This document shows positions 48,324-57,241 of a stretch of 64,000 nt of DNA, in pieces (the stretch's first letter is position 1; each line of letters starts with the position of its first letter). The translations under genes were made by a program, and so were the position numbers. The notes beneath the pieces were generated by a model. The model saw only the letters and a program-made list of their open reading frames with translations. It was not told where the DNA came from and made no database searches. The stretch is taken from the NCBI GenBank assembly GCA_934096105.1, contig CAKOLH010000001.1, positions 13,178-77,177 on the forward strand. Reading direction: 5' to 3'. Source of the stretch: an uncultured Bacilli bacterium (GTDB taxonomy: Bacteria > Bacillota_I > Bacilli_A > RF39 > UBA660).

Positions 48324-50855
48324 ATGAAAAGAAGTGAAATTGACAGGAGTAAATTATCTCCGATGATGAAACATTATGTAGAATTAAAAGATAAATACGA
48401 GGATACAATAATATTATATAGACTTGGTGACTTCTACGAAATGTTTTTTGAAGATGCTGAAGAAGTGGCTCATGCTTTAGAACTTACACTTACTGGTAAA
48501 AATGCTGGACTTGATGAGAGAGTTCCAATGTGTGGTATACCACATCATACCGCTGAAGTATATATTGATAAACTAATAAAAAAAGGATATAAGGTTGCTA
48601 TATGTGAACAATTAGAGGATCCAAAGACCGCTAAAGGGATAGTAAAAAGAGATATTGTTGAAGTAATATCTTCTGGTACAGTAATTAATACTAATTCTTT
48701 AAATGAAAAAGAAAATAACTATATAGGATGTTTATATGACTTTTCTTATGGCTTTGTTCTTACTTATTCAGATATTACGACAGGAGAAGTATATAGTGAA
48801 TTACTTACTAATAATATTGATGATGTAATATATAAAATATTATCTTTAGATATTAAAGAATTAATTGTAAATGAACTTATTAATAAAGTATTATTATCTA
48901 AGATAAGAAGTTTAAAAATACCTGTTACTATACAAAATGAATTATTAAATGATAAATATCAAAATATTTATCAAAATATTGGTGATGCGAGAATTGTTAA
49001 TTCTATTAAGTTACTACTATATTATTTAGATGTATTACAAAAAAGAAATCTATCACACTTCCAAGAAGTTGTTATTAAAGAAAAAGAACAATACTTAGAG
49101 ATGGATATTCATACAAAGAGAAATCTAGAACTTACAGAATGTCTAAGGACTAAAGAGAGAACTTATTCGTTACTTTGGCTATTAGATAATACAAAGACCG
49201 CAATGGGTAGTAGAAAACTTAAGTATTTTATTGAAAATCCATTATTAGATATTAATAAGATTAATAAAAGATATGATATAGTTAGTAAGTTACTTGAAGA
49301 GTTTATTTTGGCAGAAGAACTTAGAAATGATTTATATGAAGTGTATGACTTAGAAAGATTATGTGGTAAATTATCTTTTGGTTCTGCAAATGGTAAAGAC
49401 TTATTACAATTAAAAGCTTCTTTAAAAGTACTTCCTAGTATTAAGGAAAAACTAGAAAAAATAGGTTTTTATGAAAAGATTACTACAATGAGTGATCTAT
49501 ACGATTTATTAGAAAAGTCTATATATGAAGAACCTCCTAATACGATAAAAGAAGGATATTTAATTAAAGATGGATATTCTAGTGAACTTGATGAACTTAA
49601 AGATTTAAGTAGAGGTGGAAAAGACTTTATTAGTAGATTTGAAACTGAAGAGAGAGAAAGAACTGGTATTAAAGGTTTAAAAGTTGGTTTTAATAAAGTT
49701 TTTGGTTATTATATAGAGATTAGTAAATCATATTTAAATATGGTTACTGATGATATGGGCTATATTAGAAAACAAACTTTGGCTAACTGTGAAAGATTTA
49801 TTAATCCAATATTAAAAGAAAAAGAAGATTTAATATTATCTAGTGAAGATAGAATTATTAATTTGGAATATAATTTATTTATAGAAATTAGAGATAAATG
49901 TAAGGAATATATTCCAGAACTTCAGAGAACTGCTAAAGTAATTAGTGAAATAGATGTGCTTAGTTCTTTTGCTCTAGTTAGTGAAAAATATAATTATGTT
50001 AGACCTATGATTACTAATAGTAATGAGATAAAAATACTTAATTCAAGACATCCAGTAGTAGAAAGAGTATTAAAAGGAGAAGAGTATGTACCTAATGATA
50101 TAGTTATGGATAATAATACAGATATTCTTTTAATTACTGGTCCTAATATGGCAGGTAAATCTACTTATATGAGACAACTTGGTATTATTGCTATAATGGC
50201 CCAGATAGGATGCTTTGTACCTGCTGAAGAAGCAACACTTCCTATATTTGATAAGATATTTACACGTATTGGTGCTTCTGATGATTTAGTTAGTGGTGAG
50301 TCAACATTTATGGTAGAAATGATGGAAGCTTCGAGAGCTATTAAGTATGCTACAAGAAACAGTTTAATACTTTTTGATGAATTAGGTAGAGGAACTGCTA
50401 CTTTCGATGGTATGAGCCTAGCCCAAGCTATCTTAGAATATGTAGCTAATAAAATTAAATGTAAGACACTTTTCTCAACGCATTATCATGAACTTACTGA
50501 TATGGAAAAGACTATTCCTAATTTAAAAAATAAACACGTTTCAGCAGTAGAAGAAGATGGTAATATTACTTTTTTACATAAAGTAAAAGATGGCTCTGTA
50601 GATAAGAGTTATGGTATTAATGTCGCTAAACTTGCAGGACTTCCTGATGAGGTAATAGATAGAGCAAGTGGCATACTAAATATATATGAAAATAAAGAAA
50701 AGAAAACAGATACTATTATACAAACAACACTTCCACTTAATTTTGATGATAAAAAGAGTGAAGTAGAAGAAGATGTTAAAAATATTGATATTTTGAATAT
50801 TACACCAATTGAAGCAATAAATATATTAAGTAAACTTAAAGAAAAAGTTAAATAG
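48324..50855 (+). CDS. mutS: DNA mismatch repair protein MutS
   Basis: SPMMKHYVELK..ILYRLGDFYEMFFEDA, ITGPNMAGKSTYMRQ, STFMVEM, DELGRGT, THYHEL. Confidence 0.95.
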   Translation: MKRSEIDRSKLSPMMKHYVELKDKYEDTIILYRLGDFYEMFFEDAEEVAHALELTLTGKNAGLDERVPMCGIPHHTAEVYIDKLIKKGYKVAICEQLEDPKTAKGIVKRDIVEVISSGTVINTNSLNEKENNYIGCLYDFSYGFVLTYSDITTGEVYSELLTNNIDDVIYKILSLDIKELIVNELINKVLLSKIRSLKIPVTIQNELLNDKYQNIYQNIGDARIVNSIKLLLYYLDVLQKRNLSHFQEVVIKEKEQYLEMDIHTKRNLELTECLRTKERTYSLLWLLDNTKTAMGSRKLKYFIENPLLDINKINKRYDIVSKLLEEFILAEELRNDLYEVYDLERLCGKLSFGSANGKDLLQLKASLKVLPSIKEKLEKIGFYEKITTMSDLYDLLEKSIYEEPPNTIKEGYLIKDGYSSELDELKDLSRGGKDFISRFETEERERTGIKGLKVGFNKVFGYYIEISKSYLNMVTDDMGYIRKQTLANCERFINPILKEKEDLILSSEDRIINLEYNLFIEIRDKCKEYIPELQRTAKVISEIDVLSSFALVSEKYNYVRPMITNSNEIKILNSRHPVVERVLKGEEYVPNDIVMDNNTDILLITGPNMAGKSTYMRQLGIIAIMAQIGCFVPAEEATLPIFDKIFTRIGASDDLVSGESTFMVEMMEASRAIKYATRNSLILFDELGRGTATFDGMSLAQAILEYVANKIKCKTLFSTHYHELTDMEKTIPNLKNKHVSAVEEDGNITFLHKVKDGSVDKSYGINVAKLAGLPDEVIDRASGILNIYENKEKKTDTIIQTTLPLNFDDKKSEVEEDVKNIDILNITPIEAINILSKLKEKVK

Positions 50856-50904
50856 ATATTGTATAATATTTAAAAATATTTTATACTATGGTTAGGTGAG
50901 ATGA

Positions 50905-51303
50905 ATGAAAAAAATGAATAGAAAAGGATTTACTCTAATAGAGTTACTTGCAGTACTTGTAATACTTGTTGTTATTATGGCTATTGCTATACCAAGTGTT
51001 ACTTCTTCAATTGAAAGAAGCAAAAATAAAGAAAAAACTATGAAGATTAAACTTATAGAATCTGAAGCAGAATTATATATTGATAGACATAGTGGCACTA
51101 CGACTACAATTACAATTACTATTCCTACTTTGATTAAGAATGCAAAGAGTACACTTAAAGCAAGCGATATAACAGATCCTAATAATTCTAAGAGAACATT
51201 ATGTGGAACTGTTACTTGTCAAAATAAGACTTGTACCTTTGCTGAAGAAAAAGATATAAATACAAATAATGAAAGTACTTACTGTATTAAAATCACTTCA
51301 TAG
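50905..51303 (+). CDS. Type IV pilin / pseudopilin (ComGC/PilA-like)
   Basis: Canonical prepilin signal MKKMNRKG/FTLIELLAVLVILVVIMAIAIPS. Confidence 0.85.
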   Translation: MKKMNRKGFTLIELLAVLVILVVIMAIAIPSVTSSIERSKNKEKTMKIKLIESEAELYIDRHSGTTTTITITIPTLIKNAKSTLKASDITDPNNSKRTLCGTVTCQNKTCTFAEEKDINTNNESTYCIKITS

Positions 51304-51336
51304 TAAATAGATAGAAATGAGAATGAGAATGATAAA

Positions 51337-52509
51337 ATGAAAATAATATTAATTAAATATGGTGAATTAACTACTAAAAAGGATAATAGAAAGTTATTTA
51401 TAAATATTCTTTATAATAATATTAAGAGAGCATTAGAAAATTATAATGTTAAAATAATTAAAAATAGGGTAAGAATGTTTATTGAAACTGATGATAATAT
51501 TGATGAAATAGTGGATATTCTTAAGAATATATTTGGTATTCATAGTATAGTTATAGCTACTAGAGTGAATACTAATATTGAAGAAATAGAAAAAGAAGTA
51601 TTAAATATTGCAAAAGATACAAAATTCAATACTTTTAAAGTAGAAACTGATAGAGCAGACAAGTCTTTTCCTATACCTAGTATGGATTTTAGTAGAAGGA
51701 TTGGGGCTTTAATACTTAAAAATATTGATAATATTAAGGTTGATGTACATAATCCAGAATATTTATTAAAAATTGAAATAAGAGAGGATTATACATATAT
51801 ATATCATAAAGAAATAAGTGCTTCTGGTGGCTATCCTGTTGGAGTAGCTGGCAAAGGGCTTCTTATGTTATCAGGAGGAATTGATTCCCCAGTGGCAGCT
51901 TATTTGGCAATGAAGAGGGGAATCAAGGTAGAATGTGTGTATTTTGAGTCTCCACCACATACTAGCATAATGGCTAAGAATAAGGTAAAAAAATTAGTAG
52001 AGCTTCTTACAAAATATGAACCTTCTATAACATTACATGTTATAAAATTTACTGATATTCAGGAAGCAATATATAAAAATATTGATCCTACATATATGAT
52101 AACCATTATGCGTAGAATGATGTATAGAATAAGTGAAAAACTAATGGAAAAGAATAACTTACTATGTCTTATTAATGGTGAGTCAGTAGGTCAAGTTGCA
52201 AGTCAAACTCTTACTAGTATGAGAGTAATTAATGCTGTTACTAATAAACCTGTTATTAGACCAGTAGCATGTTTAGATAAATTAGAAATTATTGATATAT
52301 CTAAAAAAATTGGCACTTATGAAACTTCTATTCTTCCGTATGAAGATTGCTGTACAATATTTTTACCTAAACATCCAGTTATTAATCCAGATATTGATAA
52401 AGCAGTTCTTTATGAGAAAAGTTTTGATTATGAAAGTTTAATTACTGCTGCGATAGAAAATGAAGAAGTTATTAAAATAAGTAATAAGAAAAAAGATTTT
52501 GATATTTAA
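51337..52509 (+). CDS. thiI: tRNA 4-thiouridine(8) synthase ThiI
   Basis: IKYGELTTK.DNR (THUMP), PP-loop LLMLSGGIDSPVAAY, GESVGQVASQT. Confidence 0.9.
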   Translation: MKIILIKYGELTTKKDNRKLFINILYNNIKRALENYNVKIIKNRVRMFIETDDNIDEIVDILKNIFGIHSIVIATRVNTNIEEIEKEVLNIAKDTKFNTFKVETDRADKSFPIPSMDFSRRIGALILKNIDNIKVDVHNPEYLLKIEIREDYTYIYHKEISASGGYPVGVAGKGLLMLSGGIDSPVAAYLAMKRGIKVECVYFESPPHTSIMAKNKVKKLVELLTKYEPSITLHVIKFTDIQEAIYKNIDPTYMITIMRRMMYRISEKLMEKNNLLCLINGESVGQVASQTLTSMRVINAVTNKPVIRPVACLDKLEIIDISKKIGTYETSILPYEDCCTIFLPKHPVINPDIDKAVLYEKSFDYESLITAAIENEEVIKISNKKKDFDI

Positions 52510-52587
52510 GTAAGAGTAAAAATATAATTACTCTTATTTTGCTAATATAGTTAATTTTTTATAGTAAAAATTACCATTAATTTAAAT

Positions 52588-52616
52588 GTATGAAATTGTT
52601 AATATTTCACAACCTA
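52588..52616 (+). promoter_or_regulatory. Candidate forespore sigma-G-type promoter
   Basis: GTATG, 17 nt spacer, CAACCTA, close to the GHATR / CAHWHTA consensus, upstream of a SASP gene. Confidence 0.4.
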
Positions 52617-52637
52617 TTAGTGTAGGAGGTGAAAATA

Positions 52638-52847
52638 ATGAGTAACAATACAAATAGTAAGATGGTAGTTCCAGGAGCTAAACAAGCTATCGAAAGAATG
52701 AAATATGAAATAGCTAACGAATTTGGTGTTAATTTAGGACCAGATACAACTTCAAGAGCTAATGGATCAGTTGGTGGAGAAATCACTAAGAGATTAGTTC
52801 AATTAGGACAAAACCAAATCAGTGGTTCAAATTACCAAGCTAAATAG
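52638..52847 (+). CDS. Small acid-soluble spore protein, alpha/beta type
   Basis: [47 protein letters not shown] ggaggtg. Confidence 0.92.
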   Translation: MSNNTNSKMVVPGAKQAIERMKYEIANEFGVNLGPDTTSRANGSVGGEITKRLVQLGQNQISGSNYQAK

Positions 52848-52935
52848 TTAATTTTAAGTATAAAAAAAGTCTCATGATATAGATGAGGCTTTTATTTTTT
52901 TATTGTTTATTCTTTTTGGTGTAAAGTTAGGATTA

Positions 52936-53042
52936 AAAAAATAAAAAGAGACTGACCCCCTAAGGAACAGTCTCCCAAAAAGAATAAAAAGGGGTTGGCT
53001 AGTGTGATACTAGCACCAATTCGCCTAATATCGAACTGGTGA
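52936..53042 (-). ncRNA. Candidate stand-alone small RNA
   Basis: Minus-strand promoter TTGACA, 17 nt spacer, TATTAT (53048-53076). Hairpins caccagttcg/cgaattggtg and ctagt/actag. C-rich single-stranded CCAACCCC. Terminator gagactgttccttagggggtcagtctc plus a T run. No ORF. Confidence 0.45.
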
Positions 53043-53167
53043 TTAATATAATAAACGAAGTTGGGTATTTTGTCAACCCTAAAATTAAAAAAAATAAAAA
53101 AATATTTTAAATATTGTTATTATTAAAAAAATATGGTATTATTTTATTAGAAATAGAGGAGTTAAAT

Positions 53168-53707
53168 ATGAAGAAAGCAAAATTAGTAGGAACAATATTT
53201 GGAGTTATTTTATTTATAGCATTGATTGCTGGCTTTACTTATGCATGGGTATCATGGCAGAGTGATGATATTAATATAAGTGGAACAGCAGATTGTTTTG
53301 ACATTGATTATGGAATAAGTCAGCAAATAGGAAGTGCTAGTACAAAGGGAAGTCTAGAAATGGCTAGTTCTTATACTGAAGGATTATCCGCAAAAGTTAG
53401 TTTGGCTCTTAAATCTACTTGTACTAATGTAGCTGGTACTGCGACACTTTATTTAAATACAAGTTCTGCAAGTTCTAATATTTTAAAGGGTGCCCTTAAA
53501 TATATAGTTCTTAAAGATAGTGCCGTAGTTGGTACTGGAGTAATTAATACTAGTAAGAAAATTACTTTAGTAAGTGATATAGATGTCAGTAGTACAACAC
53601 CAGTTACATATACTGTATATGTATGGTTAGATGGTTCTATTGCAGATAATTCTTATGCTAATTTAAGTTATAATGGTTATATATCTGCTGAAGCTGTATC
53701 TAAATAG
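53168..53707 (+). CDS. TasA/SipW-type signal motif protein (paralog 3)
   Basis: GFTYAWVSWQSD, DCFDIDYG, STCT..GTATLYLNTSS, VYVWLDGS, collinear with 30221..30775. RBS agaggag. Confidence 0.5.
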   Translation: MKKAKLVGTIFGVILFIALIAGFTYAWVSWQSDDINISGTADCFDIDYGISQQIGSASTKGSLEMASSYTEGLSAKVSLALKSTCTNVAGTATLYLNTSSASSNILKGALKYIVLKDSAVVGTGVINTSKKITLVSDIDVSSTTPVTYTVYVWLDGSIADNSYANLSYNGYISAEAVSK

Positions 53708-53709
53708 AA

Positions 53710-53795
53710 TTTGCTTATATATAGTAGATATGACTGATATATTGTTTTTAGACTTTAGGCTAAAAACAACACTTCAAGATTACAAGCTTGAAGTG
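53710..53795 (+). repeat. Interspersed structured repeat, copy F
   Basis: tttgcttatatatagtagatatgactgatata, then ttgtttttag-actttagg-ctaaaaacaa, then cacttcaag-attacaag-cttgaagtg. Confidence 0.85.
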
Positions 53796-53887
53796 AATTA
53801 AAATATGATAAAATAAGACAAAAAGCAATATAATACTTGCTTTTTTATTCTTTTAAGTGTAAACTATTTATTAGGAGGAAGATTGTT

Positions 53888-54634
53888 ATGGCAAATCAAA
53901 GTTCAAAAAATAAAAATACAAAAAAAGTGAATAATAAAGGTGGTCAAAATAAAAATACTAATAAACAAAATGTAAAGAAAGAAGCAGTAAAAAAAGTAGA
54001 TACTAAAGCAAGTGTTAAGAAGGATACTGCTAAAAAAGTAGAAACTAAAAATACTGTACATGAAGAAGTTAAGATAAAAGAAATAGCTCCAAAGGTAGAA
54101 GAAAAAAAGATTGAAAAAGTAGTTAAAGAAAAGAAGAGTTTTTCTCTAACTTCAAAGCAAAAAGATTTAATATTAATTCTTTTAGTAGTAGTTCTTTTAG
54201 TAGTTGCACTATTTGTTACTATGAAAAAGACTCCTAAACTAGATATAGAATTACCAGTAGCTTTAGAGGGAGAAGCAGGATTTACAGAAATTACATATTC
54301 TGAGTATGAAGAAAAAATGAATACTGAAGCTCCATTCTTAGTAGTAATAGTAAGAGATGGATGTGGCTACTGCGAAATGTATGAACCTATACTTAAAGAA
54401 GTAGCAGATGAATATAAACTTCCTATTTATTATATAAATATGACTAATTTAAATAATGATGAGTATACTGCTCTTGGAACATCTAATTCTTACTTAAAGA
54501 AGAACCAAGGTAAATGGGGAACTCCAACTACATTATTTATGTATGGTAGTACAGTAGTTGATTCTATACCTGGATATGTTGATAAAGATAAATTTGTTGA
54601 CTTTGTAAAAGAAAACTTTAAAGTAGAGGTATAA
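53888..54634 (+). CDS. Membrane-anchored thioredoxin-fold protein (CGYC active site) with a Lys-rich N-terminal tail
   Basis: TM helix LILILLVVVLLVVALFVTM. FLVVIVRDGCGYCEMYEPILKEVA and cis-Pro GTPTT. Confidence 0.7.
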   Translation: MANQSSKNKNTKKVNNKGGQNKNTNKQNVKKEAVKKVDTKASVKKDTAKKVETKNTVHEEVKIKEIAPKVEEKKIEKVVKEKKSFSLTSKQKDLILILLVVVLLVVALFVTMKKTPKLDIELPVALEGEAGFTEITYSEYEEKMNTEAPFLVVIVRDGCGYCEMYEPILKEVADEYKLPIYYINMTNLNNDEYTALGTSNSYLKKNQGKWGTPTTLFMYGSTVVDSIPGYVDKDKFVDFVKENFKVEV

Positions 54635-54638
54635 AACA

Positions 54639-55091
54639 ATGAACCAAGATATATATTTAGGGGCTAAAGAGTTTAAAAGAAAATATCCTAAAACTATAGC
54701 ATTTAGGTTAAAAGCTCATGCTAAAGTGGCTAGTAAATTTGTTGGTGATGATGAACAAGTAAAGTATGTATTTGTAGCTCAAAAGAACTTTAAAAGTTAT
54801 GAAATATGTAATACTAATATAGTGGTGCTTACTGACAAAAGATTGATTGTGGCTACGAAGAGATTACTATTTGGATACTTTTATAGAGTAATTACACCAG
54901 ATATGTTTAATGATTTAACTATTAAAACAAATATTATTTGGGGTAAAGTTATTATTGATACTATAAAAGAAAAAGTTATTCTTTCAAATATTGATCCTAA
55001 TGCTCTACCTGAGATAGAGGAAAATGTATCTAATGTTATGATGGAAGAAAAGAAAAAATATATACAAAGAGAAAGTGAAGTAAAAGAGTAA
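54639..55091 (+). CDS. Hypothetical protein (bacterial PH-domain-like)
   Basis: ORF only. Weak resemblance to bPH/YokE-like proteins. Confidence 0.4.
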   Translation: MNQDIYLGAKEFKRKYPKTIAFRLKAHAKVASKFVGDDEQVKYVFVAQKNFKSYEICNTNIVVLTDKRLIVATKRLLFGYFYRVITPDMFNDLTIKTNIIWGKVIIDTIKEKVILSNIDPNALPEIEENVSNVMMEEKKKYIQRESEVKE

Positions 55092-55119
55092 GCTTTCTCT
55101 TTATTTTAAGGGTGGTACT

Positions 55120-55734
55120 ATGAAAATTGAAAAATATGAGTTTACTAAGAAGAATAATTATAATATTTATTTATCTAATGGTGAAATAATTACTTTGAAT
55201 GAGAGAGTTATTACTAAGAATGAACTTTTATTAAAGAAAGAGATTGATAAAGAGTTATATAGTAAGCTAATACATGATAATAATGTTTGTGAGGCTTTTG
55301 ATACTGGTGTTAAATATATTACTATTAGACTTAGAAGTATTAAGGAAATGAGAGATTATTTACTTAAGAAAGGATATTTATCTGATGTAGTTAATGAGGC
55401 TATTCAGAGTCTAATTAGTAATGGTTATTTAGATGACGATAGATTTACTAAGGCTTATATTAAGGATAAAATGACTTTTACTTCGAAAGGGGATTATAAG
55501 ATTAGAATGGAACTTAGTAGTCTTGGTATAGATAATAGTATAATAGATAATAATATTTTAATGATAGATAATGATATGCTTATTAATAAAATGAAAAAAA
55601 TTATTGATAAAGATATTAAGAGTAATAAGAAATATAATGGTAGTGAACTTAGAAATAAGATATATAATCATTTGATTAGTCAAGGTTATAGTAAAGAAAA
55701 GGTAATAAATGTTATTAATACTTATAATTTCTAG
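55120..55734 (+). CDS. recX: RecX family regulator
   Basis: LRSIKEMRDYLLKKGY..VVNEAIQSLISNGYLDDDRFTKAYIKDK. Confidence 0.8.
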   Translation: MKIEKYEFTKKNNYNIYLSNGEIITLNERVITKNELLLKKEIDKELYSKLIHDNNVCEAFDTGVKYITIRLRSIKEMRDYLLKKGYLSDVVNEAIQSLISNGYLDDDRFTKAYIKDKMTFTSKGDYKIRMELSSLGIDNSIIDNNILMIDNDMLINKMKKIIDKDIKSNKKYNGSELRNKIYNHLISQGYSKEKVINVINTYNF

Positions 55735-55778
55735 TATAAAATGTTAATTATTAGTAAAAATATAAATGGAGGGATAAA

Positions 55779-56285
55779 ATGAAAAAAATAGTTTCTTTGT
55801 TTATATTTTTATTATTACTTGTGGGTTGTTCATTATCTAATAGTCCTACTTCAAAGGTTGAAGAACTTTTAAGTAAATATCAAACTTTGGATAGTGATAT
55901 TAAGAGTGGTATTGATGATGTATTAAAGGAAGAGAATCTTAATGATTCTCAGAAGGAAAGATACCGAAAGGTCATTGAAAAACAGTATAGAAATTTAGCT
56001 TATGAAGTTAAGGATGAAAGAATAGATGGAGATATTGCCACTATTACGGTGGAGATTGAAGTTATTGATTATAAAAAACAAGTTAATGATACTAATAATT
56101 ATTATCAAGGAAAGACTGATTATACAGTTGAAGACTATAACAATACTAAACTGGATAAGTTAGAGAAGGCTAAAGATAAGGTTAAATATACTATTGACTT
56201 TGAAGTGAAAAAAGATAGTAATGGTAATTGGAAATTATCTTCACTTAGTAATGATACTATTAAGAAAATACAGGGAATGTATTAA
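55779..56285 (+). CDS. Lipoprotein, function unknown
   Basis: Lipobox LLLLVGC at the end of a signal peptide. Confidence 0.65.
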   Translation: MKKIVSLFIFLLLLVGCSLSNSPTSKVEELLSKYQTLDSDIKSGIDDVLKEENLNDSQKERYRKVIEKQYRNLAYEVKDERIDGDIATITVEIEVIDYKKQVNDTNNYYQGKTDYTVEDYNNTKLDKLEKAKDKVKYTIDFEVKKDSNGNWKLSSLSNDTIKKIQGMY

Positions 56286-56325
56286 TTAATAGTTTCTTTT
56301 TGTTTTAGAATATGATAAAATTAGT

Positions 56326-56592
56326 ATGGTGATAGACATGAATAGAAATGAAGATTTGACTAGAGTCTTTGATAGAACTTGGAAGGCTAATCATAATAAT
56401 GATGTTAAAGAAGCAAGGGCTAAAGAAAAGAAATTTTGGAATAAGATGTTTAATGTTAAGGAAAGTAATACCTCTAGTAGAGGGGTTATAACTCCTGGTG
56501 AACAAGTGGGTAATCTGCAGAGAAATATGAATAGTGCTGCTGATTTTCAGAAAAGAAATAATATTAATAATATAGTAAAGAAGTGGAAGTAA
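56326..56592 (+). CDS. Small hypothetical protein
   Basis: ORF only. Start is uncertain (56326 or 56338). Confidence 0.4.
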   Translation: MVIDMNRNEDLTRVFDRTWKANHNNDVKEARAKEKKFWNKMFNVKESNTSSRGVITPGEQVGNLQRNMNSAADFQKRNNINNIVKKWK

Positions 56593-57233
56593 TGGTAGAT
56601 TTATATAAATATGAAAATGAATTATATGATAAAGGATTAAATTTTATTGGGGGAGTAGATGAGGTCGGAAGAGGACCACTGATTGGTAGCGTGGTAGCGG
56701 CCTGTGTTGTGCTTCCACGTGATTTTGTACTTGAGGGACTTACGGATTCAAAGAAATTATCTGAGAAGAAGAGAGATGAATTTTATAAAGTTATTGAGGA
56801 TAAAGCTATTGCTATTGGTATTGGGATTGTAGATGAAAAAAAGATAGATGAAGTTAATATTTATGAGGCTACTAAAATAGCAATGAAAGAGGCTATTAAA
56901 AATACGGGCATTAAACTTGATCATGTACTTATTGATGCAATGCCTCTTGATATTGATGTAGCTACGACAAGTATTATTAAGGGAGATGCTAAATCTATTT
57001 CAATAGCAGCGGCTTCAGTAATTGCAAAGGTTACTAGGGATAAGATGATGTATGATCTTGATAAGATTTATCCTATGTATGATTTGGCTCATAATAAGGG
57101 TTATGGTACAAAGAAACATATTGAGGCTATTAAGAAGCATGGTATTACTAAATATCATAGATTAAGTTATAAACCTGTTTCTGATTATAAGGATAAAGTT
57201 AATGATATAGAAAAAGAATTATCTGTGAGTTAG
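56592..57233 (+). CDS. rnhB: Ribonuclease HII
   Basis: GVDEVGRGPLIGSVVAA, DSKKLSEKKR, ASVIAKVTRD, GYGT..H. Confidence 0.9.
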   Translation: MVDLYKYENELYDKGLNFIGGVDEVGRGPLIGSVVAACVVLPRDFVLEGLTDSKKLSEKKRDEFYKVIEDKAIAIGIGIVDEKKIDEVNIYEATKIAMKEAIKNTGIKLDHVLIDAMPLDIDVATTSIIKGDAKSISIAAASVIAKVTRDKMMYDLDKIYPMYDLAHNKGYGTKKHIEAIKKHGITKYHRLSYKPVSDYKDKVNDIEKELSVS

Positions 57234-57241
57234 ATAATTCT

